Positions 1 through 10,400 are shown, numbered from the stretch's first letter. The stretch: DNA of 64,000 nt from a bacterium (GCA_036004665.1 DASYRG010000029.1:12753-76752), one strand, 5' to 3'. Made by a program: numbers and translations. The notes: generated by a model not told the origin, from the letters alone.

Positions 1-915
1 GGAGAGTACTACCTGACCGATCTGATCGGGTGGGCGCTGGCCTCGGGACGGCGCGTCGAGGCCCTCGCCGCGGAGGATGCCGTCGAGGTGCTGGGTGTCA
101 ATTCTCGCCGCGACCTGGCGCTGGCCGAATCCGCCATGCGCGTGCGGCTGCTGGAGGGGTTGATGGACGCGGGGGTGACGGTCGTCGACCCGCGCGCCAC
201 CTACGTGCACGCCGGGGTGAGCGTGGGTGAAGAGACGGTGATCCATCCGGGCTGTTCCCTGGAGGGGACGACCCGGGTGGGCCGTGGCTGTGTCCTCGGT
301 CCCAACGCGCGGCTGGTCGACGCGGTGATCGGGGACCGCGTCACCGTGGTGGCCTCGACGATCGTGCAGTCGACGATGGCAGACGGCAGCCGCATCGGCC
401 CCTACAGCCACCTGCGTCCGGGGACGCGTGTGGGACGAGGGGTAGAGATCGGCAACTTCGCGGAGATGAAGAACAGCACCATCGGCGACGGCAGCAAGGT
501 GCATCACAAGTCCTACCTGGGAGACGCGACGCTGGGGCTGCGGGTGAACGTCGGGGCGGGCACCATCACCTGCAATTTGCGCGACCGCAGCGGGAAGAAG
601 TGGCCCACGATCATCGAGGATGACGCCTTCATCGGCAGCGACTCCATGCTCGTCGCGCCGGTGCGGATCGGGCGCGGGGCGACGACCGGCGCGGGATCCG
701 TCGTCACGAAGGACGTCCCCGCGGGCGCGGTGGTCGTCGGAGTGCCCGCGCGCATCCTCCGATCCGGTGGGGCCCCTCCGGCGGCGGCCCCGGGGGTCGC
801 CCTTGATGGGCGGAAGCCGGTTTCGGGGAAGCGGGCGCCGCCCCCCGCTGCGCCGGCACGCCGGCGGGTGGGCACCTCCCGCCGCGGGCGCGGGCGGTCG
901 GGGCGGGGACGGTGA
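1..915 (+). CDS. glmU: GlmU, bifunctional UDP-GlcNAc pyrophosphorylase / GlcN-1-P acetyltransferase; 3' part only, the gene enters from upstream of the window. Left-handed beta-helix hexapeptide region followed by a Pro/Arg-rich basic C-terminal tail.
   Basis: In-frame translation from nt 1 (GEYYLTDLIGW...VNSRRDLALAESAMRVRLLEGLMDAGVTVVDP...) shows the hexapeptide-repeat acetyltransferase domain typical of GlmU. Directly upstream of prs, as in many bacteria. Confidence 0.85.
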   Translation, partial: GEYYLTDLIGWALASGRRVEALAAEDAVEVLGVNSRRDLALAESAMRVRLLEGLMDAGVTVVDPRATYVHAGVSVGEETVIHPGCSLEGTTRVGRGCVLGPNARLVDAVIGDRVTVVASTIVQSTMADGSRIGPYSHLRPGTRVGRGVEIGNFAEMKNSTIGDGSKVHHKSYLGDATLGLRVNVGAGTITCNLRDRSGKKWPTIIEDDAFIGSDSMLVAPVRIGRGATTGAGSVVTKDVPAGAVVVGVPARILRSGGAPPAAAPGVALDGRKPVSGKRAPPPAAPARRRVGTSRRGRGRSGRGR

Positions 916-1874
916 GCGGGCGGGCGCTGAAAGTCTTCACCGGCTCGGGCAATCCCGATCTGACGCAGGAAGTCGCCGACTACCTGGACATTCCCCTCGG
1001 GGAGATGACCCTCACCCGCTTCGCCGACGGGGAGGTGGGGATCAGCATCGACGAGTCGGTGCGCGGCTGTGACGTCTTCGTCGTCCAGCCCACCTCGCCG
1101 CCGGTGAACGAGCACCTGATGCAACTGCTGGTCATTATTGACGCGATGCGCCGCGCCTCGGCCGCGCGGATCACCGCGGTGATCCCGTACTTCGGCTACG
1201 GCCGGCAGGACCGGAAGACCCGCCCCCGCGAGCCGATCAGCAGCAAGCTGGTGGCCAACCTGCTCACGACCGCGGGAACCTCCCGCATCCTCACCGTCGA
1301 CCTGCACGCCGGACAGATCCGGGGGTTCTTCGACATTCCCCTGGACCATCTGCCGTCGCGGATGCTGCTGGCCGACGACGTGCGCCGCCGCTTCGGGGAG
1401 AACCTAGTCATTGTCTCCCCGGACATCGGCGGCACCCAGCGCGCCCGCGAGTTTGCCGCCTTCCTCGGCGCGCCCATTGCCATCATCGACAAGCGGCGCG
1501 ATCGACCCAACCAGGTGCGGGAGATCGTCCACGTCATCGGCAAGGTCTATCGCCGCCGCGCCGTCATCGTCGACGACATCGCCGACACAGGCGGCACGTT
1601 GACGATGGGCGCTCAGGCACTGCTGAACCGGGGGGTGGTGGAGGTGGCGGCGTACGTCACCCACGCCATCCTCTCCGGCCCGGCGATCGACCGCATCGCC
1701 GCCAGCCCGCTGCGTGAACTGGTCGTGACCAACACCGTACCCCTGCCTCCGGAGAAGGCGCTGGAGAAGATCCGCGTGATCTCGGTGGCCCCGCTCCTGG
1801 GGGAGGCGATCCGGCGGATCCACGAAGACCGCTCGGTGAGCACCCTCTTCGAGTTCCTGCCTCAGCCCGTCTAG
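912..1874 (+). CDS. prs: Ribose-phosphate pyrophosphokinase (PRPP synthetase)
   Basis: 320 aa with the full-length Prs pattern (VFTGSGNPDLTQEVADYLDIPLGEMTLTRFADGEVGISIDESVRG...VVDDIADTGGTL). GTG start overlaps the glmU stop (GTGA). Confidence 0.9.
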   Translation: MSGRALKVFTGSGNPDLTQEVADYLDIPLGEMTLTRFADGEVGISIDESVRGCDVFVVQPTSPPVNEHLMQLLVIIDAMRRASAARITAVIPYFGYGRQDRKTRPREPISSKLVANLLTTAGTSRILTVDLHAGQIRGFFDIPLDHLPSRMLLADDVRRRFGENLVIVSPDIGGTQRAREFAAFLGAPIAIIDKRRDRPNQVREIVHVIGKVYRRRAVIVDDIADTGGTLTMGAQALLNRGVVEVAAYVTHAILSGPAIDRIAASPLRELVVTNTVPLPPEKALEKIRVISVAPLLGEAIRRIHEDRSVSTLFEFLPQPV

Positions 1875-2551
1875 CCCGCTGACGGCAGGCGGACGGCAAA
1901 CAGCCTCCAGGTCACTGGCTCGAGGAACGCAAAGAGTCGTCGCTCCGCAAAGACGGCTTGAAGATACCTGTGGGAGCCCACCAGGGTGCGCTTGGGCCAG
2001 TCGCCCTGTCCGAGAATGTAGGATTGCACGGGAAATGTGTTCGCGAAGACGGCCAGGCCCCCCACGCGCAGCAGCCGCACTACCTCCCCCAGCCAGCGCG
2101 GAGGCTCGCTGTGGGTGGCATCGTCAAAGATCAGATCGTAGGCGCCGCGCAGGGTCCGCAGGACGACGGCGGCGTCGCCGACTCGGATCAGCACACGGCG
2201 GCTGACGCCCAGGGATCGGAAATTCTCCTGGGCCAGCACGGCGTGCTCCGGAACACTCTCTACCGTCTCCACGCGGCCGCTCGGCGAGAGCGCCGTGGCC
2301 ATCCATGCTGCGCTGTAGCCAAGGCCACACCCGATCTCCAGCACTCGCCTAGCGCCGACGAGGTGCATACACGCCTGGAGGAAGCGACCGGTGATCGGAC
2401 TGCTCGGATACACGGTGCAGTCGGGGCCGTGTCTCTCCCGGTGCCGCTTCGACTGTTCCCGGATGCGGCGCAGCAGTGGAGGCTCAGGCTCGAGCCTCAA
2501 GACGTACCTGCGGATTCTCTGTAGGTCACCGTCCGAAAGTGTCAGCCCCAT
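1871..2551 (-). CDS. Class I SAM-dependent O-methyltransferase (family-3 / caffeoyl-CoA OMT-like)
   Basis: VLEIGCGLGYSAAWMATAL...LIFDDATHSE motif pattern of SAM-binding methyltransferases. The only sizeable minus-strand gene in the window. Start chosen at the internal ATG (MGLTL...), which is uncertain. Confidence 0.65.
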   Translation of the reverse strand: MGLTLSDGDLQRIRRYVLRLEPEPPLLRRIREQSKRHRERHGPDCTVYPSSPITGRFLQACMHLVGARRVLEIGCGLGYSAAWMATALSPSGRVETVESVPEHAVLAQENFRSLGVSRRVLIRVGDAAVVLRTLRGAYDLIFDDATHSEPPRWLGEVVRLLRVGGLAVFANTFPVQSYILGQGDWPKRTLVGSHRYLQAVFAERRLFAFLEPVTWRLFAVRLPSAG

Positions 2552-2640
2552 CGCGTTCTCCTCGCTCAGATCGTGGAGTGCTCCGACCTTCGACGCCGAT
2601 ATCACGCGGCCTCCGGGGCGGTGAGGCGAGGAAAGGTCTG

Positions 2641-2670
2641 TTGCCAGGGGTTGAACGCTCTCCCTAGAAT
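2641..2670 (+). promoter_or_regulatory. Candidate sigma70-type promoter for wecA/tagO: TTGCCA, 18 nt spacer, TAGAAT
   Basis: TTGCCA at 2641-2646 and TAGAAT at 2665-2670, 9 nt upstream of the ATG at 2680, in a divergent intergenic region. No obvious Shine-Dalgarno sequence. Confidence 0.3.
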
Positions 2671-2679
2671 GGTCTCTCC

Positions 2680-3807
2680 ATGACCGTCCCGCCCTGGTTC
2701 GTCGCCGGCGTCGTCGCGCTGGTCGTGACCATCGCCCTCACCCCTCCGCTGCGCCGTTTCGCCCGCCGCATCGGCGCGATCGACGTCCCCGGGGGGCGGC
2801 GCATCAACACGCGGCCGATGCCCCGACTGGGCGGGATCGCTATTTACGCGGGGTTCGTCTCGGCGCTGGCGGTGGCGATGGTGCTGACCCGGCCCGTGGA
2901 GTTGGTGCGCACGGCCGACGCGGTCTTCATTCAGATCACCCTCAGCCCGCGCACCGACCAGGCGCTGCTCGGGATCCTCCTCGGCGCGACCGTTCTCTTC
3001 CTGGCAGGGATCTGGGACGACGTGCGGGGGATGAATCCCGCGATCAAGTTCCTGCTGCAGGTCTCCGCGGCTGCCATCTTGATCCCCTTCGGGCTGACCA
3101 CCCGGTTTCTCACCCACCCGCTCACTGGAGCGGTCGTGTCATTGGGACGCTTCGGCGACCTCTTTACGGTGATCTGGGTCGTCGCCGTGGTGAACGCCAC
3201 CAATTTCATCGACGGCGTCGACGGGCTCGCCTCAGGGATCGCCGCCATCGCCGCCACGACGCTTTTCCTCACCGCCGGGGTGAAGGCGGACGTCATCTCC
3301 ATGGTGTTGGCCGCCTGTCTGGTAGGGAGCGCTCTGGGCTTCCTGCGCCACAATTTCAGCCCGGCGCGCATCATCATGGGCGACTCCGGCTCGATGTTCG
3401 TGGGATACGTCCTGGGCGGCATCTCGGTGATGGGACTCTACAAGTCCTTCGCCGCGCTCTCGCTGATCGTGCCTATCCTTGCCCTGGCCGTGCCGATCGT
3501 CGACACCGGCTACGCCATCGTGCGCCGCTTCCGCAACCACCGGCCGATCTATCTGCCCGACCGCGGACACCTGCACCACCGCCTCCTCGATCGCGGCCTC
3601 TCGCAGCGCCAGACCGTTCTGCTGCTCTACCTCGTGTCCGCCTTCTTCGGCGTGGGCGCCCTGGTCGTGGCCGGAGTCAACCGCAACGCCTCTCTGGTCA
3701 CCCTGGGCATCATCGCCGCTCTCCTGTATGTCGGCGCCCGCCGGATGAGGCTGTTCGACCGCAAGAACGGGGCACGCATGCCTGAGACGCCCGCGCCCCG
3801 GGCATAG
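2680..3807 (+). CDS. Polyprenyl-phosphate N-acetylhexosamine-1-phosphate transferase (MraY/WecA/TagO family, GT4)
   Basis: Multi-TM protein carrying the NATNFIDGVDGLASG signature of the MraY/WecA family. Followed directly by wecB. Confidence 0.8.
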   Translation: MTVPPWFVAGVVALVVTIALTPPLRRFARRIGAIDVPGGRRINTRPMPRLGGIAIYAGFVSALAVAMVLTRPVELVRTADAVFIQITLSPRTDQALLGILLGATVLFLAGIWDDVRGMNPAIKFLLQVSAAAILIPFGLTTRFLTHPLTGAVVSLGRFGDLFTVIWVVAVVNATNFIDGVDGLASGIAAIAATTLFLTAGVKADVISMVLAACLVGSALGFLRHNFSPARIIMGDSGSMFVGYVLGGISVMGLYKSFAALSLIVPILALAVPIVDTGYAIVRRFRNHRPIYLPDRGHLHHRLLDRGLSQRQTVLLLYLVSAFFGVGALVVAGVNRNASLVTLGIIAALLYVGARRMRLFDRKNGARMPETPAPRA

Positions 3808-3819
3808 CCACTCTTTAGC

Positions 3820-4965
3820 ATGGGCGAGCGCCTGGCGATCGCCACAATCTTTGGCACCCGGCCCGAAGCCGTGAAGATGGCGCCGGTCGTGGCGGCGCTT
3901 CGCGCCAGCGCCGATTTCCACCCCCTCGTCATCGTCACCGCGCAGCACCGGGAGATGCTCGACCAGGTCCTCTCCGTTTTTGACATCGTCCCCGACCGCG
4001 ACCTGGACATCATGTTGCCCGAGCAGTCCCTCGTCGACATCACCACGCGCGCCCTCAGCGGTCTCTATCCGGCGCTGGGAGAGCTGCGTCCGGCGATGGT
4101 GTTGGTGCAGGGGGACGCGCACACCACCTTCGTCGGCGCCCTGGCCGCCTACTACCACCGCATCCCAGTCGGGCACGTCGAGGCGGGGCTGCGCACCGCC
4201 GATAAGTATCAGCCGTTTCCCGAGGAACTGAATCGCCGCATGACCACGGTGCTCGCCGACCTGCACTTTGCCCCCACCCCGGCCGCCCGAGACAATCTCC
4301 TGCGGGAGGGCGTGCCGCGCAAGGCGGTCGTGGTCACGGGCAACACCGTCATCGACGCCCTCTCCGCCATTGTCGCCCGCGCGCCCGCGGCGCTGCCTCC
4401 TGCGGTGCCGCCGCTGGATGGGCGGCGCATGGTGCTCGTGACCACCCACCGGCGGGAGAACTGGGGGGAGCCGCTGCGCCAGATCTACCTCGGCCTGCTC
4501 GACCTGCTGGAGCGGTTTCCCGACGTCGAGCTGATCTTCTCCGTCCACCTCAACCCGGCGGTGCGCCGCGTCGTCTCGCAGGTCCTGGGGAGCCATCCCC
4601 GGGCTCATCTCATCGAGCCGCCGGAGTACGCCCCCTGGGTGCAGTTGATGAGCCGGGCCCACTTGATCCTCACCGACTCTGGGGGGATTCAGGAGGAGGC
4701 TCCCGCCCTGGGCAAACCGGTGCTGGTGCTCCGCCGCGTGACCGAACGCCCGGAGGGGGTGGAGGCGGGGACGGCACTCCTCGTCGGGACGGATCGGGAG
4801 CGCATCGTCGCCGAGGCCGGCGCGCTCCTGGCCGACCCGTGGCGCTACGCGGCGATGGCGCAGTCCCGCAATCCCTACGGCGATGGCCGCGCGGCGGAAC
4901 GAATCGTCGAGGCGCTCCGTATGTATTTTGGGAGGCGTATGGACCCGCCCGAGGAGTTCGCCTAG
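3820..4965 (+). CDS. wecB: UDP-N-acetylglucosamine 2-epimerase (non-hydrolysing)
   Basis: IFGTRPEAVKMAPVV...HVEAGLRT...LTDSGGIQEEAPALGKPVLVLR, a typical WecB/MnaA pattern. Confidence 0.85.
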   Translation: MGERLAIATIFGTRPEAVKMAPVVAALRASADFHPLVIVTAQHREMLDQVLSVFDIVPDRDLDIMLPEQSLVDITTRALSGLYPALGELRPAMVLVQGDAHTTFVGALAAYYHRIPVGHVEAGLRTADKYQPFPEELNRRMTTVLADLHFAPTPAARDNLLREGVPRKAVVVTGNTVIDALSAIVARAPAALPPAVPPLDGRRMVLVTTHRRENWGEPLRQIYLGLLDLLERFPDVELIFSVHLNPAVRRVVSQVLGSHPRAHLIEPPEYAPWVQLMSRAHLILTDSGGIQEEAPALGKPVLVLRRVTERPEGVEAGTALLVGTDRERIVAEAGALLADPWRYAAMAQSRNPYGDGRAAERIVEALRMYFGRRMDPPEEFA

Positions 4966-5034
4966 CCCGGGCAGCCGCCTCCGCGCGGTATACTGATGAG
5001 GCGGACCGGGTAGAACCCCGGGGGGATACACCTG

Positions 5035-5337
5035 ATGCGCTTGACGGTACTAGTCATCCTGATCGTGCTGGCGGCGACGCCGGCGATTCCGGCCGCGCCG
5101 GTCGCCAGGGTGACCGAGGTCAAGGCCACTCTCACCGGCGAGGTGATGGAGCAAGGTCTCGTCCGGGTGGGGGATAGCGTGCGCGACGGGGATCCGCTGG
5201 TCTACGTGCGTACGCTGGTGGGCCGGGGTGTGGCCGCTCGCGCGCCCCACGACGGCATCATCGCCGAGGTCCTGGTCCGGGCCGGTGACGTGATTGCCAA
5301 GAAAGGCTCCGTCGTCGTCCGTCTCACCCCTCGGTAA
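5035..5337 (+). CDS. Small secreted protein with a biotinyl/lipoyl-like hybrid (barrel-sandwich) motif; function unknown
   Basis: N-terminal hydrophobic signal-like segment, then VKATLTGEVME...GDPLVYVRTLVGRGVAARAPHDGIIAEVLVRAGDVIAKKGSVVV. This resembles a lipoyl/biotinyl or membrane-fusion-protein hybrid motif but lacks the canonical modified Lys. Confidence 0.4.
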   Translation: MRLTVLVILIVLAATPAIPAAPVARVTEVKATLTGEVMEQGLVRVGDSVRDGDPLVYVRTLVGRGVAARAPHDGIIAEVLVRAGDVIAKKGSVVVRLTPR

Positions 5338-5504
5338 CGCTTCCGTCACGGCCTCGGTACGTTTCCGGCACGCTTCCCGAGCCGGACCGATGCCCGGCGT
5401 AGGGGCGGGTGGGGTTGTCCCCGAACTCTTTTCACGGGTTCTGGTGTTCGCAGCGGGTCTCCCGTACACTTTCACTCGTGCTCAAGCAGACCGAGAGAGG
5501 GGCG

Positions 5505-7325
5505 ATGAGTGTGACGCGTGTGGTTCGTGTCCTCGTAGTCGTCGGGCTGGCGCTCGCGGTGGTGTTGCCGCAGTTCGGATCCACCAGCGCGCAGGAGGGA
5601 CTTCCGCCGATCATGCCGCTGGGCGAGATCAGGCCGGGGATGCGCGGCGTGGGGCGTACCACCGTGAAAGGTCAGACCCCCAGCGAGTTCCAGTTCGAAG
5701 TGGTCAGCATCCTCAAAGGTGGCGGGGGGATCATCAACGTCAAGAACCTGATCCTCATCCGCACCTTCGGGCCCCTGATGGAGCAGACCGGGGGGACCGC
5801 CGCCGGCATGTCGGGCAGCCCGGTGTTCATTAACGGCAGGCTCGTCGGCGCCAACAGCGCCTCTTACCGCGGGCAGACGCGCAAGGACCTCTCCCTGGTC
5901 ACGCCGATCGTGGAGATGCTGCCGCTCCTTGACCTCGCCAGCGGAACGGCGCAGCGAGCTGTCCCCCGCCCTACGGTCTACGTCCCGACGGCGCCGCTGA
6001 CTCTCGATGGGACGGCGGTGCAGCGGATCGTCGTCGCGCAGAACGATGAAGAGGCCCTGGCATTGCATGCCACCCGGCCCGGCACCCTCGCCTTTCGCCC
6101 CAACTCACCGCTCGCCCGCGTCAGCGGCCTCAGTGCGCGGGCCTACTCGATCCTGCAGCGGGCGATGCGCAAGGGAGAAGACCGGTTGGTGCTGCAGAGC
6201 GGCGGCGGGCAGGTCGATCTGGCCAGTGTGCCGGTGCGCGGCGGTTCTCCCGTCGGGATTTTGATGGTGACGGGGGACGTCGAGTTCGGCGGGCTCTGTA
6301 CCGCCACGCTGCGGGTCGGCAACAAGGTGCTGATCTGCGGTCACTCCTGGGATCACCTCGGCTCGGTGGCGTATGGCCTCACCTCCGCCGAGGTGGTCAC
6401 GGTCGTGCGCACGCTGGAGACGCCGTTCCTCGAATTTAACCTCGGGCGGCTGATCGGGCAGATCGACGAAGACCGCGGCCAGGGCATCCGGGGCATCGTC
6501 GGGCAGTTCCCGCGGATGTTCGTCGTGCGCGTGCAGGTCACCGACGCGGACACCGGCAAGAGCGTGACCAAGGTGATGCAGGTGGTGCGCCGCGCCGATC
6601 TGGCGCGCCTCTTCACGCCGCTGATCGCCCTCACCGCCGCCGAGAGCGGCCGCGACCAGGAGCGCGGCGAAGGCACCGCCCGGGTGAAGATGACCGTCCG
6701 GGCCGGCGGATTGGACAGCGCCATCACCCGGGAGAACATCTTCTACAGTTCCCAGGACGTGGCGCTGGCCTCCATCCTGGACATCTCCACGGCGATGCAG
6801 TTCCTCTTCTTCAACCCCTTCGCGCAGCTTGATCCGTTCGACCTGCGCGTGGAGGTAACGATCAGCAAGAAGCGCGAGACCGCGGCGATCACCAACGTGG
6901 TGGCGCAGACCCGCGAGGTTTCCCCCGGGGACGTGATCCGCGTCCGCATCACGGTGCGGCCCTACCAGGAGGAAACGCTCGCCTCGCAGGTGATCAGCGT
7001 CCCCGTACCGCGCAACTTCCCCAAGGGCCCGGCCGTGCTTGTGGTGGGCTCGGCGGGACTGAACACGGTAGGGTTTTCGCTGGACGACTTCCTGGTGCGC
7101 GATCTGCTCAGCGAGCAGCCGCCCTTCCCCGGCGACAGCCTGGAGGAGGCGGTGGACATCTTCCAGGGCTTCGGCACCAACGACCAGATCCTGATCCAGC
7201 TGGTGCCATTCGGCCTGCCGACGACCGGTCCGGACTTCACGAACTTCGACGTCTTTGCCGGCCGGCTGCTGGGCACCGACTGGGTGATCCAGGGGGAGTT
7301 CCGGATTCCGATTCTCGTGCGCTGA
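5505..7325 (+). CDS. Secreted SpoIVB (MEROPS S55)-like serine peptidase domain protein with a large C-terminal extension
   Basis: Signal peptide (VVRVLVVVGLALAVVLPQFGSTSAQ). The segment EFQFEVVS...LMEQTGGTAAGMSGSPVFINGRLVGA closely resembles the catalytic-Ser region of SpoIVB (…[12 protein letters not shown]…). A later GILMVTG...LICGHSWDH resembles the SpoIVB His region. Start set at the ATG with RBS GAGAGAGGGG. Confidence 0.6.
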   Translation: MSVTRVVRVLVVVGLALAVVLPQFGSTSAQEGLPPIMPLGEIRPGMRGVGRTTVKGQTPSEFQFEVVSILKGGGGIINVKNLILIRTFGPLMEQTGGTAAGMSGSPVFINGRLVGANSASYRGQTRKDLSLVTPIVEMLPLLDLASGTAQRAVPRPTVYVPTAPLTLDGTAVQRIVVAQNDEEALALHATRPGTLAFRPNSPLARVSGLSARAYSILQRAMRKGEDRLVLQSGGGQVDLASVPVRGGSPVGILMVTGDVEFGGLCTATLRVGNKVLICGHSWDHLGSVAYGLTSAEVVTVVRTLETPFLEFNLGRLIGQIDEDRGQGIRGIVGQFPRMFVVRVQVTDADTGKSVTKVMQVVRRADLARLFTPLIALTAAESGRDQERGEGTARVKMTVRAGGLDSAITRENIFYSSQDVALASILDISTAMQFLFFNPFAQLDPFDLRVEVTISKKRETAAITNVVAQTREVSPGDVIRVRITVRPYQEETLASQVISVPVPRNFPKGPAVLVVGSAGLNTVGFSLDDFLVRDLLSEQPPFPGDSLEEAVDIFQGFGTNDQILIQLVPFGLPTTGPDFTNFDVFAGRLLGTDWVIQGEFRIPILVR

Positions 7326-7380
7326 AGGGAGCGATCCCGCGCCCCTCCCGGAGGGGAGGCGCGGACAGGAAGTCAAACGA

Positions 7381-7413
7381 AGGACGGGGGCGGCGACGAT
7401 CCCCGTCCTTTTG
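7381..7413 (+). terminator. Rho-independent terminator after the S55-like peptidase gene
   Basis: GGACGGGGG-cggcgacgat-CCCCGTCC followed by TTTT. Confidence 0.55.
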
Positions 7414-7475
7414 CATGTGCGGGAAAACCTTTGGACCGCTCGGGCCGTTACTGAGAGCGTCGGGTATATAAGGAA

Positions 7476-10400
7476 GTGCTGGTGTCCACGATGCGTGCAC
7501 GCCGGATCCTGCTGCTGCTCCTGATCGTCCTCGCCCTCGGACTCGGCGGAGGGGTCGCCGCCCTCTGGTTCTCTGGGACCCTGCACGGGCGCGTCCGTGA
7601 GCAGTTGGTGGCCTCCGCAGAAGCGAGCCTGGGCCGGGAGGTGGCGGTGGGGCGCCTGCGCGGGGATCCGCTGCGGGGCGTCGTCATCGACGACCTGGCG
7701 GTGGCGCGCACCGACCGGCTCAGCGAAGGCGCCATGATCACCGCAGAGCGGGCGGAGATCCGTTTCGACGCCCTGGCGTTGGGACGCGATCTCCTCACCG
7801 GCCGGGGCGTCCTGCCCAGCATCCGGCAGATCGTCCTCGTGTCGCCGACGCTGGCCCTCGAGGTCAGCCGGGAGGGGCGCTGGAACGTCGCTGACCTCCT
7901 TCGCCGCCAGCCCGCGGGCGGCGGCCCGAGCGTCTTTCGGCCTCTCGTGGAGATCCGAGCCGGCGCCGTCGATTTTTCTGACGCCTTCGGGCTGCGCCGT
8001 CCGTTCCTGGCGCGATTCAGCCAAGTCAACGGCACGGTCGATCTTCGCGCCTGGCCCCGCGTGCGTCTGGCGGCGGAGCTGGTCAGCCTGCGGGCGGATC
8101 GGGCCACGCCCCTGGTCGCCAGCGGAACCTATCTCGCCGGGATGGATGCGCTCGATCTCGCCGTCTCGGCGGAGCGCGCCCCCCTGGTCCAGTGGGGACC
8201 GTACTTCGTGCGCGTACCGGGGTTCGTGTTGGACGGCGGCTACGCAGATGCGGCCTTCCACGTGCTGCGGACGCGCTGGGGCGGCCGCCGGGCGCTGGAC
8301 TACCGGGGGACGCTGCGCCTCTATGACGCCGAGGCGCTTCTCCTGCCGCAACGGGCGCGGCTGCGGGACGCCCACGGCGTCATTGAAGTGGACAACCTGG
8401 GCTTGCGCACTGAGGCTCTCGCCCTGACGGTGGACGGATCGCCGCTGCGCCTGCGCGGGGAGATGATCAGCACGGCGCGGGGACGGCGCCTCGACCTGAC
8501 CGCCGTCTCGCAGGAGATGGATCTGACCACGCTGCGGCGGGTCCTCTTCCCGGGCTCCCAGCTCGCCCTCGTCGGGCGCACGGGGGGGGAGGTCCGCATC
8601 AGGGGCCCGATGCAGACGTTGACTGTGGAGGGCGCGCTCTACCACGCGCGCGGCGCCATCAACGCGCAGCCCTTCACCATTACCAGATCGGGCGTGACCG
8701 TCATTGGGAACCTGCTGGCCCTTGACGGCCTCTCGGCCACCGCCGGATCTGCGCGGGTCTCCGGTGAAGTCCGCCATCTCCTCGGCACCCCTGAACTGCT
8801 CGTCGCCGGCGAGGCGCACGATCTCAGCGCAGAGATCTGGCGGCGGGCTGGGATCCCCCTGAGCCTTCCCTTAGAGGGGCGGCTCGATGGGTCGGTGGCG
8901 CTCGGGCGGACCGGCGACAGCCTGATGGTCGAGGCGGCGCTGACCATGACCTCCGGACGAGCTGGCGGCCTTCGGGTGGACGGCATCCGCGCCGGGGGCT
9001 GGGTGGAGGACGGCGCGTTCTACTTCCCCTATCTCGTCGGCGCCCAGGGCACCTCCCAGGTCCACGCTGCGGGCGCCGTCGCCGAGTCGGGCCGGCTCGC
9101 CATGGACGTCGCCGGAACCGACCTGGATCTACGTCGGATCTCCGCGCTGGTCGGGCTGCGCCCCGCGATCTCCGGGCAGGCGGACGTGCGCGGGCGGCTG
9201 ACGGGTTCGCTGGCGGCCCCGGTCTTCGACGGTGACCTGGTCATGGGGAGGGGGAGCGCTGGGACGCTCGCGTTCGATGGGGCGGAGGGCCCTCTCCACC
9301 TCACCCGCCAGAGCGTATCAACCCCCGGTCTCCTGATCCGGGACGGCCCGGGGACCTACCGTCTCGCGGGGACGGCGCAGTGGGCCGCGGCCCACCCAGC
9401 CCTCGATCTGACTGTGGACGCCGAGGAGATCGCCGCCGCCGCACTGGCGCGTGACGCCGGGCTGGCCCTCGACCTGCGGGGGCGCCTCTCCGGCCGCCTG
9501 CACATCGGCGGCACACCGCGGCGGCCCAGCGTGACCGCGTCGCTGACGCTGCGTGAGGGGCGGCTGGAGGGGCAGCAGGTAGACGAGGCTACCGCCGCGT
9601 TCCGCTGGGTGGACGGCACCCTCCATCTCGACCGGGCGGAGGCGCGGGTCCGCGACTCGCTGATCCAGGCCAGTGGCACGGTACGCCGGGACGGGGAGAC
9701 GGAGATGACGATCTCGGCGCGGCAGTTCGATCTGCGGCATCTCACCATTCTGCCCCCTCAACTGCTGGCGGCCAGCGGAAAGATCGACCTCAACGGACGC
9801 GTCAGTGGGAAAGGGCTCAACCGCGTGGCAGGGGTGCTCTCCTCGAGTGACCTCACGCTCAACGGGCAGCGCTTCGACCAGGCGGAAGGTCTCGTCCGCT
9901 GGGCGCAGGGGCGGCTGCACCTGGAGCCGCTGACCCTGCGGCAGGGGCCGGGGGAATATACCATCACCGGCACGCTGGAGCTGCAGGGGCCGGTGAGGTT
10001 CGATCTGCAGGGCGAGGTGGCCGGCGGCCGCCTCTCCACGCTGCTGGCCCTGGGAGGTGTACGGCCGCCGTTTCCTCTGGACGGGCGGCTCGACGGGGTG
10101 GTCCGGGTCGAAGGCACCCCAGCGAGGCCCTCGGCCTCGCTGGATGCCCGGCTGTCGCAGGGACGCCTGGGCGACCACCCCATCGAGGAGGGGCAGGCGG
10201 TCCTCAGCGCGCGGGACGACGTCATCACCGTCGAACGGCTGCGGCTGCGTTCAGGATCGGGGGAGATCGCGGCGCAGGGGCGCGTTGCCCTCCGCGGCTC
10301 CAGCGCCCTCGAGGTGAGCGGCTCCAACCTCAACCTGGACCTGCTCCGTCCCCTCCTCGGCCTGCGGCGTCCGCTGCGCGGCACGCTGAGCTTCACCACG

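Noticed and set aside
3232-5031. 599-aa minus-strand ORF antisense to wecA/wecB
   Set aside because: Same high-GC antisense artefact. Highly biased low-complexity translation and complete overlap with homology-supported genes.
6105-8819. 904-aa minus-strand ORF spanning the S55-like peptidase and tamB genes
   Set aside because: Antisense to two well-supported + strand genes. Arg/Gly/Pro/Ala-rich composition typical of spurious stop-free antisense frames in ~70% GC DNA. No motifs.
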